From Alkalispirochaeta sp. (GTDB lineage: Bacteria > Spirochaetota > Spirochaetia > DSM-27196 > Alkalispirochaetaceae): a DNA stretch of 64,000 nt. The stretch is taken from positions 4,768,001-4,832,000 of the forward strand of contig OZ271854.1 of NCBI GenBank assembly GCA_965601925.1. The letters run 5' to 3'. The notes under the pieces are model-generated. The model saw only the letters and a list, made by a program, of their open reading frames with translations, had not been told where the DNA came from and searched no databases. Positions 7,582 to 17,792 of this stretch are shown here, piece by piece; positions within the stretch are counted from its first letter, which is position 1, and every line of letters starts with the position of its first letter. The translations under genes were made by a program, and so were the position numbers.

Positions 7582-10323
7582 CTAAAGTAAATCCAGCTTC
7601 TTTGCGACGCACACGGCCGCCATGCGGTTGTTCACCTCGAGCTTACGGTAGACGTTCTTGGTATGGGTGCGCACGGTGTTCAGCGAAATAAAAAGCTTTC
7701 CGGCAATCTCCGGACCGTTTAACTCCGTTCCGAGAAGTCTCAACACCTCCAACTCCCGCGCGCTCAGGGGCTCACGTAGGAGCCGGGAGGCGGGCCTTCC
7801 GTTTTCTTCCCCATAGGTGGTGCGCAAAAGGCGGACATAATCGGGGACGGCAGTCCGTTTCATGACATCCCGGAGGAGGTTTTTCATGGCGTCTCCCTCA
7901 TCCACAAAGATACGGATGTAACCCTCCGGCTCAGCCGACACGAGAGCCCGTTCCAGTGAGTCGAGGGCCCTCTGAGAATCGCCCCGGGTCTGATGCGAAA
8001 TAGCCAGCGCGATACCGATCTCGATAACGCTTCCCGTTCTGTTACTCGTTTCACCGGCCGCGAGAAGACGTTCAAGAAGGGACAGCGCCTCCGTGATATC
8101 CCGTTCATCTCCGTTTTCCCGATACCGGGCGGTCAAGAATCTGGCACGGGTAATGAGTTCGAACTCGTGTAGATAACTCATTTCGTCCGGAGGATAGAGC
8201 TCGTTTCTCTTCACCCATTCGTCGACCCTGTTTAGCCTGCCCTGCTTGAGGTGTACCTTCGCTCTTCGGGCGTCAACGGGTCGTGTATCCGGTATGGGAT
8301 TTCGTATATAAAGAGCCTCCGCTTCCTCCAGCAACTCAAGCGCCGTTTCATAGTCCCCGGCGGATTCCGCCAGCTGGGCCTGGGCGACAAACCACCGGTA
8401 GGACCAGTCGATGAGCGTGTTTTGCGCCCAGAACTCTTTTGCCCTCTCCAGATGAGCGTCGCGAGCCCTCTGTATGCCGGTTTCATGGTACAGCATCGCC
8501 AATCCCAGATGGAGATGGGAGATAAAGAACCGCATGTGTTCCCCTGGCCCTTCCGCAAGCTCCAGAGCGTTCCGGTACGTACGGCGCGCCTCCCGCAGGC
8601 GACCCTGCGCTACCAAGATATCCCCCAGTGCATAGGCGCTGGCAACGGCGAAAAAGATATTCCCGGCCCGTTTCATACTTTCGATCCAATCGCGTACGGT
8701 CTTACGAGCTTCGGACAAATCGCCGTTTCGCCAATGGATAAATCCGACGGTGACGGCGGCCTGAGCTCGGCTCAGATGATCTTCTTCCGGTAGGATGTCA
8801 AGCGCCGTCCGGGCATATCTCATCGCGCCGGGTATATCACCGTTCACTTGGGCGTTGCCGGCTCGGACGATCGCTATCTTACCCGCCATAGAGCGAAACT
8901 GTTCCTGATCTATGACGACCATACCGTCCGCCGATGAACTCACTGCGTTGGGCGGTCCATCTAAGTCGGAACCGAGCCACGCTTCGGCTTCCTGAAGCCG
9001 GGACTCACTGGCCCCCAGCTCCCCCACATCGGACAGGGTCTCAGCGTATTGAACGCTCAGCACAGGTCGATTGCGGATAAGCTCATCCGGCAGCACTTTT
9101 AGCCAACCGAGCCAGTCGGCGAGCTGGAAACTGCCGTCCATCGACCGCCACAGCGTTTCCGCGAGATCGGCTACCCGTTCGAGATCACCGGCGGCTATGG
9201 CGTGGCGAACCGCATCGGCCGGGAACCCATTGTGTTCAAACCAACGGCTCGCCAGTCTATGCAGAGAAACAACCTCTCCGGAATACTCCTCCATTAAGTG
9301 CGTCTTCAGAACGTCGGAGAAGAGGTGGTGATATCTATACCACCGACGGGCCCCGTCGAGCGGAACGACAAATAGATTGCCCCGTTCCAGCTCTTGAAGC
9401 ACTTTTTCGCCGTTCTTCCGGTCGGTGACGGCATTACAAAGGGGGCCGCTGAGCCTGTCGAGCAGTGAGGTCTTCAAAAGAAACTCTCGAACATCCGAGG
9501 GCCGGCGTGTCAACACCTCTTCGACAAGATAGTCCAGGATGTACCGGTGGCCGCCGGTGAAGTCTCCGATAAGACGCGCGCTATTCTCCCGTCCCTCTAC
9601 GGAGAGTGCGGCCATTTGAAGACCGGCAACCCAGCCTTCGGTACGAGCCGCGAGGGTGGCGACCTCTTGGGATGAGAGGTCAAGATTCATCACCCGACCG
9701 AGAAAGTCGGCCGCCTCCTGGTTGGTAAAACGTAAATCGCCGTTGCGCAATTCGGTGAGTTGCCCCCTGGAGCGGAGATGAGCCAGCGGAAGATTCGGGT
9801 CTTCACGAGTCGCAACGACCAGAACCATGTTGGGTGGTATGTGTCGTATGAAAAAAAGAAATGCATTATTCACATCTTTTGACGTGATACGCTGGTAATC
9901 ATCCAGGACAAGGATGCAATCATCCGGAGACGCTGCAATATCATTGATGAGCACTGAAAGAACCGCCTGGGTCGGCGGCACACGGGATGAGCGAAGTATG
10001 GTCATGGCCCTTTCGCCGATATGCGGGGAGATCATCTGCAATGCAGAGGTAAAGTAGAGCAGAAACCGGGCAGGCTCGTTTTCTCCTTCGTCGAGTGAAA
10101 TCCATGCGGCGGTCTGCCCACGCTCTTTACGGGCCGACAGCCATTGGGTGACTATGGTGGTTTTCCCAAAACCCGGTGATGCCGACAACAGAACCAAGGC
10201 CCCCTGAATGCGGCGATCCGGATCTAAGCGTTCATCCAGCCGTTGGATGAGACGCGGCCGGTGGACAGTCTTTGTTCGAGGGAGCGGAACAAATAGTTTT
10301 GTAGACAGAACGGGAGCGGCCAT
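7582..10323 (-). CDS. MalT-like STAND ATPase-TPR-LuxR transcriptional regulator
   Basis: LSTKLFVP, Walker A ASPGFGKTT, Walker B LVLDDY, RTEGWVAGLQ, WYRYHHLF, C-terminal LuxR HTH LSARELEVL...IAGKLFISLNTVRTH. Confidence 0.92.
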   Translation of the reverse strand: MAAPVLSTKLFVPLPRTKTVHRPRLIQRLDERLDPDRRIQGALVLLSASPGFGKTTIVTQWLSARKERGQTAAWISLDEGENEPARFLLYFTSALQMISPHIGERAMTILRSSRVPPTQAVLSVLINDIAASPDDCILVLDDYQRITSKDVNNAFLFFIRHIPPNMVLVVATREDPNLPLAHLRSRGQLTELRNGDLRFTNQEAADFLGRVMNLDLSSQEVATLAARTEGWVAGLQMAALSVEGRENSARLIGDFTGGHRYILDYLVEEVLTRRPSDVREFLLKTSLLDRLSGPLCNAVTDRKNGEKVLQELERGNLFVVPLDGARRWYRYHHLFSDVLKTHLMEEYSGEVVSLHRLASRWFEHNGFPADAVRHAIAAGDLERVADLAETLWRSMDGSFQLADWLGWLKVLPDELIRNRPVLSVQYAETLSDVGELGASESRLQEAEAWLGSDLDGPPNAVSSSADGMVVIDQEQFRSMAGKIAIVRAGNAQVNGDIPGAMRYARTALDILPEEDHLSRAQAAVTVGFIHWRNGDLSEARKTVRDWIESMKRAGNIFFAVASAYALGDILVAQGRLREARRTYRNALELAEGPGEHMRFFISHLHLGLAMLYHETGIQRARDAHLERAKEFWAQNTLIDWSYRWFVAQAQLAESAGDYETALELLEEAEALYIRNPIPDTRPVDARRAKVHLKQGRLNRVDEWVKRNELYPPDEMSYLHEFELITRARFLTARYRENGDERDITEALSLLERLLAAGETSNRTGSVIEIGIALAISHQTRGDSQRALDSLERALVSAEPEGYIRIFVDEGDAMKNLLRDVMKRTAVPDYVRLLRTTYGEENGRPASRLLREPLSARELEVLRLLGTELNGPEIAGKLFISLNTVRTHTKNVYRKLEVNNRMAAVCVAKKLDLL

Positions 10324-10555
10324 ACAACCATTACATGGACTATGTCTCCGGGAGGTCAAGGCGGTGTACTCACACGGAGAGCTGCGAGCCTGCTATCCTC
10401 ACCGTTCCGGACCGAGAGTTACGTGAATGGACTCGAACTCTCCACCCACGCTACCGAAAATCCTGCGCATCGGTGTTGCCGCAGCCCCAAGGTCGGCCCG
10501 AGGTGCGGCGACAATCGAGCTACGCCGGCACGTGACGGCGTCTGCACGGTAACGG

Positions 10556-12040
10556 TTAGACGCCGACAAACAGCGCCAGAAGATCGTCGCCCAGTACGGC
10601 GCGGATCTCCACCGCGTTGAGAAAGAGCTCCACCTCGGCCCGCCACAACTCGTTCCTCCGGGACAGTAAGTCGAGCTCCACCTCCTCTACGCGCAGTTGC
10701 GTCGTTGCGCCGACTCCCAAAAGCGTCTGCTCGTCCTGTACGCGCTGTTGCTCGAACTCGACATCGACGGCCAAGAGCTCGATTCGTTGCGCAAGAAACC
10801 GCCGATTGATCAGGAGTGTCCGCAACCTATTGGCAACCGTCAGCTCCGTGTCGGTGAGGTCCGTTTGGACGCGTAACTGAGCCAGCTCGTCGATACGCTC
10901 GCGGTGGGATCGCTCCCGCGAGGTGATGAGCGGTACGGTAAGCGACAGCGCGACGGTCGTCTCGAGATCGGCTCCGTCTTCAAAATAGTCGCTCCACGAT
11001 GAGGCGAAATCGTCGGGATCGGCTCGACTCTCCGGGTATAGCGGCCGCACCCGTACACTCACATCGAGCTGAGGACGGTCGGTTAACTCGTTCAAGAGCG
11101 ACTGCTCGCGGCTTTGTTCGGCCGCCAAGCGCCTGAGATCGACCTCGGGGCTGGCCGACACCGCGTCCCGCACCTCTCCGATCTCGGCGATATCGACGCT
11201 CGTAAATCGATCGTCCAGCGCGAGACCGGCGAGATCGTCGATGCCCAAGAGCCGGGCGAGACTCTGTTCCGCCTCGACGAGCGCCAACTGGGTGTCGAAG
11301 AGCGCCTCGCGGCGACCGTTGAGCGTTACCTGGAGGGCGAGCAACGTGTTGTCCGAGGCGAGTCCCTGTTCGCGATCGATCTCGGCGACCGCGATCTGTC
11401 GTCGAAGCACATCGACGGTCTCCTCCAACACGATAGTGTCGCGACGCAGCGCGTTAACGCGCACGTAGAGCGCCAACGCGGTCCGGATGTTGGCGTTTCG
11501 AGTGAGGCGATCGGTAACGAGCGAACGTTCGTATCCGATTCGCGCGTTGCGTAGCCCCGCTCGGTACACATCGGTACCGATCACATCGCCTGCGACGAAC
11601 AGGGGCTGCGATACGCCGAGCGTCGCCTCCGGGAGCTGCCGGACCTCGTCGGTGCTTCCGGAGACGAAGTCCAGCGTACTCGACACTCCCGCGGTTACGA
11701 TTCCGCTCGTAGGAAGGGCCTGACCGACGGCGAGGCCGACTCCGACGCTCTGCGTGCGGGTAATCACCTCGTCGGAGCCTTCGGGTATGCGCCTCTGATC
11801 CCGCGAGTACGGCGTAATCACCACGTCGAGATCGGGTAGCGTCGCGGCGCGGGTGAGCTCATAGCTCCGTAACGCCTCCTCGACGAGGCGACCGGAGTTA
11901 ATGATCTGCGGATCCGACTCGACGACACGCGCGACGAGCTCCTCAACGGTGAGGAGACCCTCGGTTCCAAAGGCCTCGGCCGGTGCGACGAGTGACACGA
12001 CCGCGAGGCCGACGATGAATAACACTATGCGGTATCTCAC
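10556..12040 (-). CDS. TolC-family outer-membrane efflux protein
   Basis: Signal peptide, long helical repeats with beta segments, last gene of MFP-RND operon; GTG start after GGGAG. Confidence 0.8.
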   Translation of the reverse strand: MRYRIVLFIVGLAVVSLVAPAEAFGTEGLLTVEELVARVVESDPQIINSGRLVEEALRSYELTRAATLPDLDVVITPYSRDQRRIPEGSDEVITRTQSVGVGLAVGQALPTSGIVTAGVSSTLDFVSGSTDEVRQLPEATLGVSQPLFVAGDVIGTDVYRAGLRNARIGYERSLVTDRLTRNANIRTALALYVRVNALRRDTIVLEETVDVLRRQIAVAEIDREQGLASDNTLLALQVTLNGRREALFDTQLALVEAEQSLARLLGIDDLAGLALDDRFTSVDIAEIGEVRDAVSASPEVDLRRLAAEQSREQSLLNELTDRPQLDVSVRVRPLYPESRADPDDFASSWSDYFEDGADLETTVALSLTVPLITSRERSHRERIDELAQLRVQTDLTDTELTVANRLRTLLINRRFLAQRIELLAVDVEFEQQRVQDEQTLLGVGATTQLRVEEVELDLLSRRNELWRAEVELFLNAVEIRAVLGDDLLALFVGV

Positions 12041-12068
12041 ACTATAACTCCCTTATGACGTTAGAAGC

Positions 12069-15000
12069 CTACGCGCCGAGCTCTTCGTTCGGACGCACTT
12101 CGTCTGCGGGTCCATCTCCCGCCTTGGCTTTGCGCCGCGCCTTGCGCCGACTCCGGTCGTATAACAACCCGTAGAAACTCGGCACGATAATCAGCGTGGT
12201 TAGCGTCGAGAAGACGAGTCCGAAGATGATGGTACTCGCCATCGGCCCCCATACGACCGACGAGCCGCCGAGCCCGAGAGCCGTCGGCACGAGGCCGGCG
12301 ATCGTCGTAAGCGACGTCAACAGAATGGGACGCAGCCGCGTAACCGACGCTTCGGTAACCGCCTTGGCGATACTCCACCCCTCGTCTCGCCGCGACTCAT
12401 TGGCAAAACTGATGAGGACGATCGTATCGTTCACCGCGATGCCCGCCAGGGCGACGCTCGCGTAAATCACCGTCGTGGACAACGGTGTGCCGGAAACGAT
12501 AAGAAAGAGAATCACCCCCACAAAGGCGAAGGGAACGGTCAGAAGAATGAGAAGCGGCTGTGTATACGAGTTAAACTGTGTGGCCAAAATGAGATAGATC
12601 AAAAAGATTCCGATGACGAACACCCGCAGTATCTCCCGCAGAGTATCGGCAAACTCGGCGAACTCGCCGCCGACGTTCAGTACGACGCCGGGAAACGTCG
12701 GCTGCAGTTGCGACGTAAAGAGGTTCTGTATATCGGCGTTGATCGCCGGGACTCCGGCCTCATTAAAGGCTTCTGCGCTCACGGTAACCTCGCGCCGCCG
12801 GTCGGTCCGCCGGATCGAGGAGATCGCCGAGCCCTCCTCCAAGCGCGCAACGCTGGAAAAGGGAATCTGACGTCCGTCAACCGACGGTATCCTGAGTTGC
12901 AGCACGCTGTCGATGGGCACCGCATTGCGTCCGGCGTAGCGCACGACGACGTCGATCTCTTCGTTGTCGGAGAAGACCGTACCGGCGTCGATCCCGTCGA
13001 AGATACCGCGTATGAACTGCCCGACCGACCGCGAACTGAGCCCGTACTCGGCCGCACGGTCCTCATCCACGACGACGCGAAGCTCCGGTGTCCCGGCGTC
13101 CAAGTTGTCGTCGATATTCAACAACTCCGGATACTCGGCCAGACGCTCGCGAAACGCGCCGGACACGGCCGCTAAATCGTCGTAGCTGTCGCCGAAGAGG
13201 CGAAATGCCACGGGCGGATCGGTCGGAGGACCGCCCTGCTGCCGCCTGAACAGCACCGTCTCGGCGCCGGCGATGTCGCGCGTCATCAGCCGCGCGTCGT
13301 TCATAACCTCGGTAATGGAACGCGTACGTCCCTCGTCTTCCTCAGTCAAGTCGACCACGAGTTGGGCGACGTTGGCTTGCCGCACGTTCTCAGTATCGCT
13401 CCCGGCGAATCCGACGAAGGCGTTTATCGCCACGACCTCGCCGTCGCCGACCAGGGGAAGCAGGCGCTCCTCATAATCTCGGACGAACGCATCGGTCCTA
13501 CCGATCGGCGTTCCCGGGGGCATTTCGATGTCGACGAAGAAGACCGTGGCGTCCTCGGAACTGAACAAGTCTTGCTGAATCCCGCCGATTCGCGAGAAGA
13601 CCAACACCATAATTGCAAACGAGGCAACCGCAACCAGGCCGCGACGGCGGTACAATCCGGCAAGCACCGATCGAAATCGGTCCTGAATCTTCGCAATCCG
13701 CCGTCCCCCGCCCCCGGCGCGAGTGCCACCGGGCCAGTCGGCGTAATGGGACGGGAGGAAGACCGCCGCCTCGAAGGTTGAGGCGACAAGGGCGATACTC
13801 ACGGTAAGGGGCACGACCCGGAGGAACCTCCCGATGATACCGGGAAGGAAGGTCAGGGGTAAAAAGGCGGCGATGGTCGTGAGGGTGGCGGCGATGACGG
13901 GGACGACGACCTGATTCACCCCGTGAATAGCCGCGTCGTGGCGGCTCATTCCCTTCTGCTGTTGGAGTCGAAAGCTATTCTCGACGATCACGATCGCGTG
14001 GTCGACGATCAGTCCGAGCACCAGAACCAGGCCGAAGAGCGTATTTCCGTTCAGCGTCTCGCCGGCCGCATCGAGGACGACGAACGTCAACGCAAACGTT
14101 AGGGGAATGCCGAGCGCGGTCATCAAGGCGTTTCGCACGCCGATGAAGATCAAAAGAATGATCACAAGGAGTCCGAGGCCGATCAAGGCGTTGGAGACCA
14201 ACACGTCGAGACTATCGCGGATCTCGATGGTGGAGTCGTTGAAATAGTCCACCGAGATTCCCGCCGGAAGCGCGCCGAGAAACCGCTCGACGCGTGAACG
14301 CGCCTCATCGGTAATCCCGACCGAGCTCCCACCGGGGACTTTGGTGATCTGGAGGCTGATCGCCTGAACGCCGTTAAAGCGCGCCGAGGTTCCGTCGCTG
14401 TCGTACTCCTCGCGGATCGTGGCGAGGTCCCCCAACGTTACGATGCTACCGTCGCTCGAACCGCCGCGACGCACGACGATAGACCGAAACTGGGCGGCAG
14501 TTTCACGCTGTCCGACGGTGCGCACCAAAAACTCCCGCGAGCCGGTCTCCAACGTCCCGCCCGGCGTGGTCACGTTCTGGGCGCGCACGGCGTTGACGAC
14601 CTCATCCAACGAGATACCGAGAGACTCCAGCCGTTCGCGATTGAGCTCTACCGAGATCTGTCTGTCCCGAGCGCCGATCAAGTTAATGCCGGAAACGTCG
14701 GGTATCGTTCGCAACTGATCTTCGAGGTTCTGCGCCGCCCGACTGAGGTCGGCGTACGGAACATCGCCGCTCACTACGACCTCGATTACCGGGAGAAAGT
14801 CGTTCGACGAGAAGTCGTCGATCGTCTCCTGGAGCGTTCCGTCGGGAAGGTCGATGTTCGTAAAACGATTCTGCACTTCCTGGTACAATCGCTCGAACTC
14901 ATCTTGACTGATGCCCTGATCGAACTGGATCGTGACGCGACTCAACCCCTCGGTTGTAACCGATTGGATCTCATCGAGACTCTCGATCCCGCTCATTTCA

Positions 15001-15206
15001 TTTTCGATCGGTACGGTGACGCTCTGCTCGATATCCTCCGCCGAGACGCCCGGATAGGGAACGATAATGTTGACGAAAAAGAACGGCACCTCCGCGAACT
15101 GCTCCTGGGGCAGGCGGTTGAGGCTGAAGAATCCCGCTACCAGGGCGAGAATCATGAGAATGTTTATGAGAACCGAGTTCTTGACTGAGAAGGTGCCGAT
15201 CGTCAT
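12069..15206 (-). CDS. RND efflux permease (AcrB/AcrD/AcrF family)
   Basis: YPGVSAEDIEQSVT.PIE, GLIVDHAIVIVEN, GIAVNDTIVL, RLRPILLTSLTTIAG; 1045 aa. Confidence 0.95.
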   Translation of the reverse strand: MTIGTFSVKNSVLINILMILALVAGFFSLNRLPQEQFAEVPFFFVNIIVPYPGVSAEDIEQSVTVPIENEMSGIESLDEIQSVTTEGLSRVTIQFDQGISQDEFERLYQEVQNRFTNIDLPDGTLQETIDDFSSNDFLPVIEVVVSGDVPYADLSRAAQNLEDQLRTIPDVSGINLIGARDRQISVELNRERLESLGISLDEVVNAVRAQNVTTPGGTLETGSREFLVRTVGQRETAAQFRSIVVRRGGSSDGSIVTLGDLATIREEYDSDGTSARFNGVQAISLQITKVPGGSSVGITDEARSRVERFLGALPAGISVDYFNDSTIEIRDSLDVLVSNALIGLGLLVIILLIFIGVRNALMTALGIPLTFALTFVVLDAAGETLNGNTLFGLVLVLGLIVDHAIVIVENSFRLQQQKGMSRHDAAIHGVNQVVVPVIAATLTTIAAFLPLTFLPGIIGRFLRVVPLTVSIALVASTFEAAVFLPSHYADWPGGTRAGGGGRRIAKIQDRFRSVLAGLYRRRGLVAVASFAIMVLVFSRIGGIQQDLFSSEDATVFFVDIEMPPGTPIGRTDAFVRDYEERLLPLVGDGEVVAINAFVGFAGSDTENVRQANVAQLVVDLTEEDEGRTRSITEVMNDARLMTRDIAGAETVLFRRQQGGPPTDPPVAFRLFGDSYDDLAAVSGAFRERLAEYPELLNIDDNLDAGTPELRVVVDEDRAAEYGLSSRSVGQFIRGIFDGIDAGTVFSDNEEIDVVVRYAGRNAVPIDSVLQLRIPSVDGRQIPFSSVARLEEGSAISSIRRTDRRREVTVSAEAFNEAGVPAINADIQNLFTSQLQPTFPGVVLNVGGEFAEFADTLREILRVFVIGIFLIYLILATQFNSYTQPLLILLTVPFAFVGVILFLIVSGTPLSTTVIYASVALAGIAVNDTIVLISFANESRRDEGWSIAKAVTEASVTRLRPILLTSLTTIAGLVPTALGLGGSSVVWGPMASTIIFGLVFSTLTTLIIVPSFYGLLYDRSRRKARRKAKAGDGPADEVRPNEELGA

Positions 15207-16309
15207 AGGGCGTCCACCGTCCGTCCCCGAACCGTCGGCTCCACCAGTTGGCCGTCGCTGAGGGCCGAGAGCGCCGATACGACGATGATCTCCCCCTCCC
15301 GAAGGCCGTCCACTACCTGTACCCGGTCGCCCAGCCGCTCGCCGGTCTCGATATCTCGACGTTCTATCGTGTTATCGACGGCCACGAACACGTGCATACC
15401 AGACGCGTCGCGACGGATGGCGGTGCTGGGGATGATGATACGCGTATCTTCCTCCAACGGCCTGATTCGAACTGAGGCGGTCATGCCGGAGCGGGCGACA
15501 TCGCATTCGTTTTCCCACGTGACGATGATCGGAAAGCTACCGGTGCTCATATCCGCGCCGGCGGCCACCGACCGAACGCGTCCGTCAATGTCCGATAGTC
15601 CGCACGCCGGGATGGCGATCTGTGCATCGAGCCCCTGGGTGACGTACCGAATCTCCCGCTCGCCCACCGCGATCTCCATCTCCAAGGAGCTCAGGTCGAC
15701 CACTCTCGCTACCGTTACCCCTCCGGAGAGGTAGTTACCGCGCCCGATATCCGAGGACTTGGCGGCGATAAAGCCTGAGATGGGGGCGGTGATCGCGTGA
15801 TCTTCGAGCGTTTCACGGGCCGCTTGGTAGCGCGCTTCGGCACCGTTGGCCGCGCTTCTGGCGCGCGTCACCTCCGACTGCGAAGCGCCGCCGTTCTCGA
15901 AACGGCGTTCCGCGGCGGTGAGGTCGAGCTGGGCACTTTCCCAGGCTTGACGCGCCTCCTCGAAATTGAGCGCCGCAATGGTCGATTCGACTCGCACGAG
16001 AACGTCGCCCTCTCGCACGTACTGGCCGAGTTCGAACTCTTCGGATTGGATGATGCCGTGCACTTCCGAGACGACGTTGGCCTCGTTGACCCCGCGAATG
16101 ATCCCGGACGCCTCGATCGTCTGGAGCACCGATCCTCGCGATACTTCCAGCGCCTCCACCGCGAGGGCCGACGCCTCCCCCGACGCCTGCTCCTGCGCCC
16201 AGTCGCCCGTCGCGCCGGTTCGCCCGTCCTCACCGCGCCCGCAGGACGCCAATGCCACGATCGCCGTAAGGGCTACGGCGGTCACCGTACCCACCTTCGC
16301 ATACCTCAT
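15203..16309 (-). CDS. RND efflux periplasmic adaptor (MFP) lipoprotein
   Basis: Lipobox LASC, G.YV..GDVLV, ITAPISG, GMTASV, GLREGEIIV; GGAGG SD before ATG 16309. Confidence 0.92.
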   Translation of the reverse strand: MRYAKVGTVTAVALTAIVALASCGRGEDGRTGATGDWAQEQASGEASALAVEALEVSRGSVLQTIEASGIIRGVNEANVVSEVHGIIQSEEFELGQYVREGDVLVRVESTIAALNFEEARQAWESAQLDLTAAERRFENGGASQSEVTRARSAANGAEARYQAARETLEDHAITAPISGFIAAKSSDIGRGNYLSGGVTVARVVDLSSLEMEIAVGEREIRYVTQGLDAQIAIPACGLSDIDGRVRSVAAGADMSTGSFPIIVTWENECDVARSGMTASVRIRPLEEDTRIIIPSTAIRRDASGMHVFVAVDNTIERRDIETGERLGDRVQVVDGLREGEIIVVSALSALSDGQLVEPTVRGRTVDAL

Positions 16310-16326
16310 CGCCACCTCCACTTCCG

Positions 16327-16384
16327 AAAGTACGGAGAGAGCAAGTACGAGTCAAGAAAATTACCTAACGTTAGTTAGTTTTCT
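16327..16384 (-). promoter_or_regulatory. Efflux operon promoter plus 30-bp imperfect palindrome (TetR-like operator candidate)
   Basis: TTGACT (16355-16350), 17 bp, TACTTT (16332-16327); AGAAAATTACCTAACGTTAGTTAGTTTTCT at 16355-16384 with perfect CTAACGTTAG core. Confidence 0.65.
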
Positions 16385-16390
16385 AAGCGG

Positions 16391-16969
16391 TTACGGACGA
16401 CGGCAAAAACAGGTCTCGGAATCGGTAACGACGATCTGAACCGTCTGGTCGTAGTCGTGCGTCGGAACGCTCTGCACGAGCTGTGCGGAGTAGCCGATAC
16501 CGACGGTAACGACTCCGTCGGAAAGCGTCGCGATATACCGATCATAAAATCCGCGTCCCCGTCCGAGACGATGACCTGCACGATCGAACAGACGCCCCGG
16601 TACCAGCATCAGCGCGCCGGCATCGGGTGTCGCCACCGGCGCGTTTTGCGGGGGCTGAAAGAATCCGAACGCGTGGCGTTCGGAATGACGGGTATCGCGT
16701 TCCAGGAGGTGGAATTGCATGGACTCGCCATCGGATTCTATACGCGGCAAGGCGATTCGCTTGTCCGCGCCCGTGGCGGCGCGAAATACCGCCTCCAGAT
16801 CGACTTCGTCCGCCATGGCGGCGTACGCGTAGACGGTGTGCGCCCCTTCCCAAAAGCTCAGCTGCGTTATGTGCGTCGCGATTTGCGCATCGAGAACGAT
16901 ACGACTTTCGTCCGAAAGAGTTCGAATGTGCTCCGCGATACGCTCGCGAGCGTCCTGTTTGGCATCCAC
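16391..16969 (-). CDS. 5-formyltetrahydrofolate cyclo-ligase
   Basis: K...R N-terminus, DEVD, LVPGRLFDRAGHRLGRGRGFYDRY, VPTHDYDQ; GTG start chosen because the longer ORF runs into a terminator. Confidence 0.92.
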   Translation of the reverse strand: MDAKQDARERIAEHIRTLSDESRIVLDAQIATHITQLSFWEGAHTVYAYAAMADEVDLEAVFRAATGADKRIALPRIESDGESMQFHLLERDTRHSERHAFGFFQPPQNAPVATPDAGALMLVPGRLFDRAGHRLGRGRGFYDRYIATLSDGVVTVGIGYSAQLVQSVPTHDYDQTVQIVVTDSETCFCRRP

Positions 16970-16983
16970 ACGCCCAATGTCAC

Positions 16984-17018
16984 AAAAAAAGCCGCTCCCG
17001 GTCAATCGGGGAGCGGCT
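16984..17018 (-). terminator. Intrinsic terminator after the LPP20 lipoprotein gene
   Basis: Stem AGCCGCTCCC/GGGAGCGGCT followed by a T-run on the minus strand. Confidence 0.85.
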
Positions 17019-17040
17019 ATACCGTATCGATTACCCGGTA

Positions 17041-17619
17041 TTAGTTACCGGTGGTCCCGGACTGCGGTGGATTGTTCTCCAACTGCGAATCGAGATACTC
17101 GAGGGCCTGAGTCGCCTGGAACTCGGCGAACGCCGCGTCCTCGTTGCGTTGAAACGCTTCGGCGGTCTGATCGCGGAAGTTATTGATCGGGAAACTCACC
17201 AGGGCGTAGACCGTGCCGTCGTCTCCCTGAGCGACCGTCTCGGTTCGCGTGCCTTGGAGCGTCGTCTCGGTTACCTGGCGGGAGATCGTCTCCACAAAGC
17301 TGATGACTTGATTTCCGCCGTCGACTCCCGCCTCCTGCGAGTAGTCTATGATCGCCGCTTCTATCGCCGCATTGATCTGGAAGGCGATATCTTCACGCGC
17401 CCGCGTGATCGCCATGCGTCGCGAGTTGTCCAGGGTGGCCATCCGCGCCGATCCTACACCGTAAATGGCGTCGTCGGCCTGCGGCGGATTGAGATAAAAA
17501 TCCGGGAGTCCAGGGGGGGCCTGCTCGGGAGTAGGCTCCGGAGAGCTCGCACATCCGGCGATTATAACTAGCACAAGAAGCACCCCGATACCGATTACCG
17601 GTCGCATGTTTCGTTTCAT
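17041..17619 (-). CDS. LPP20-family lipoprotein
   Basis: AGGAGG SD, lipobox IAGC, PDFYLNPP...DAIYGVGSA, A..RAREDIAFQI, GTVYALV. Confidence 0.8.
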   Translation of the reverse strand: MKRNMRPVIGIGVLLVLVIIAGCASSPEPTPEQAPPGLPDFYLNPPQADDAIYGVGSARMATLDNSRRMAITRAREDIAFQINAAIEAAIIDYSQEAGVDGGNQVISFVETISRQVTETTLQGTRTETVAQGDDGTVYALVSFPINNFRDQTAEAFQRNEDAAFAEFQATQALEYLDSQLENNPPQSGTTGN

Positions 17620-17792
17620 GGTTCCTCCTAAACGGTGTTTAGCTAACACCTCGCCAGTATACTCCCGCGCACATCGTTTTTCCAGAGCGGACGAATGATC
17701 GAGATGTTTTTTACACCATACCGGCAGGTAACCGGAGCTTGCGCGATAACGCATATCCGTGTGTCCGCGACCGGTCCGCGGCTCCCAGGACA

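Noticed and set aside
10360..10555. IS end or att site at the edge of the lower-GC islet
   Set aside because: No terminal inverted repeat, target duplication or matching sequence near 6780-6840 seen by eye.
16970..17040. 6S RNA upstream of the 5-formyl-THF cyclo-ligase, a common linkage
   Set aside because: Only about 70 nt available, occupied by a terminator.
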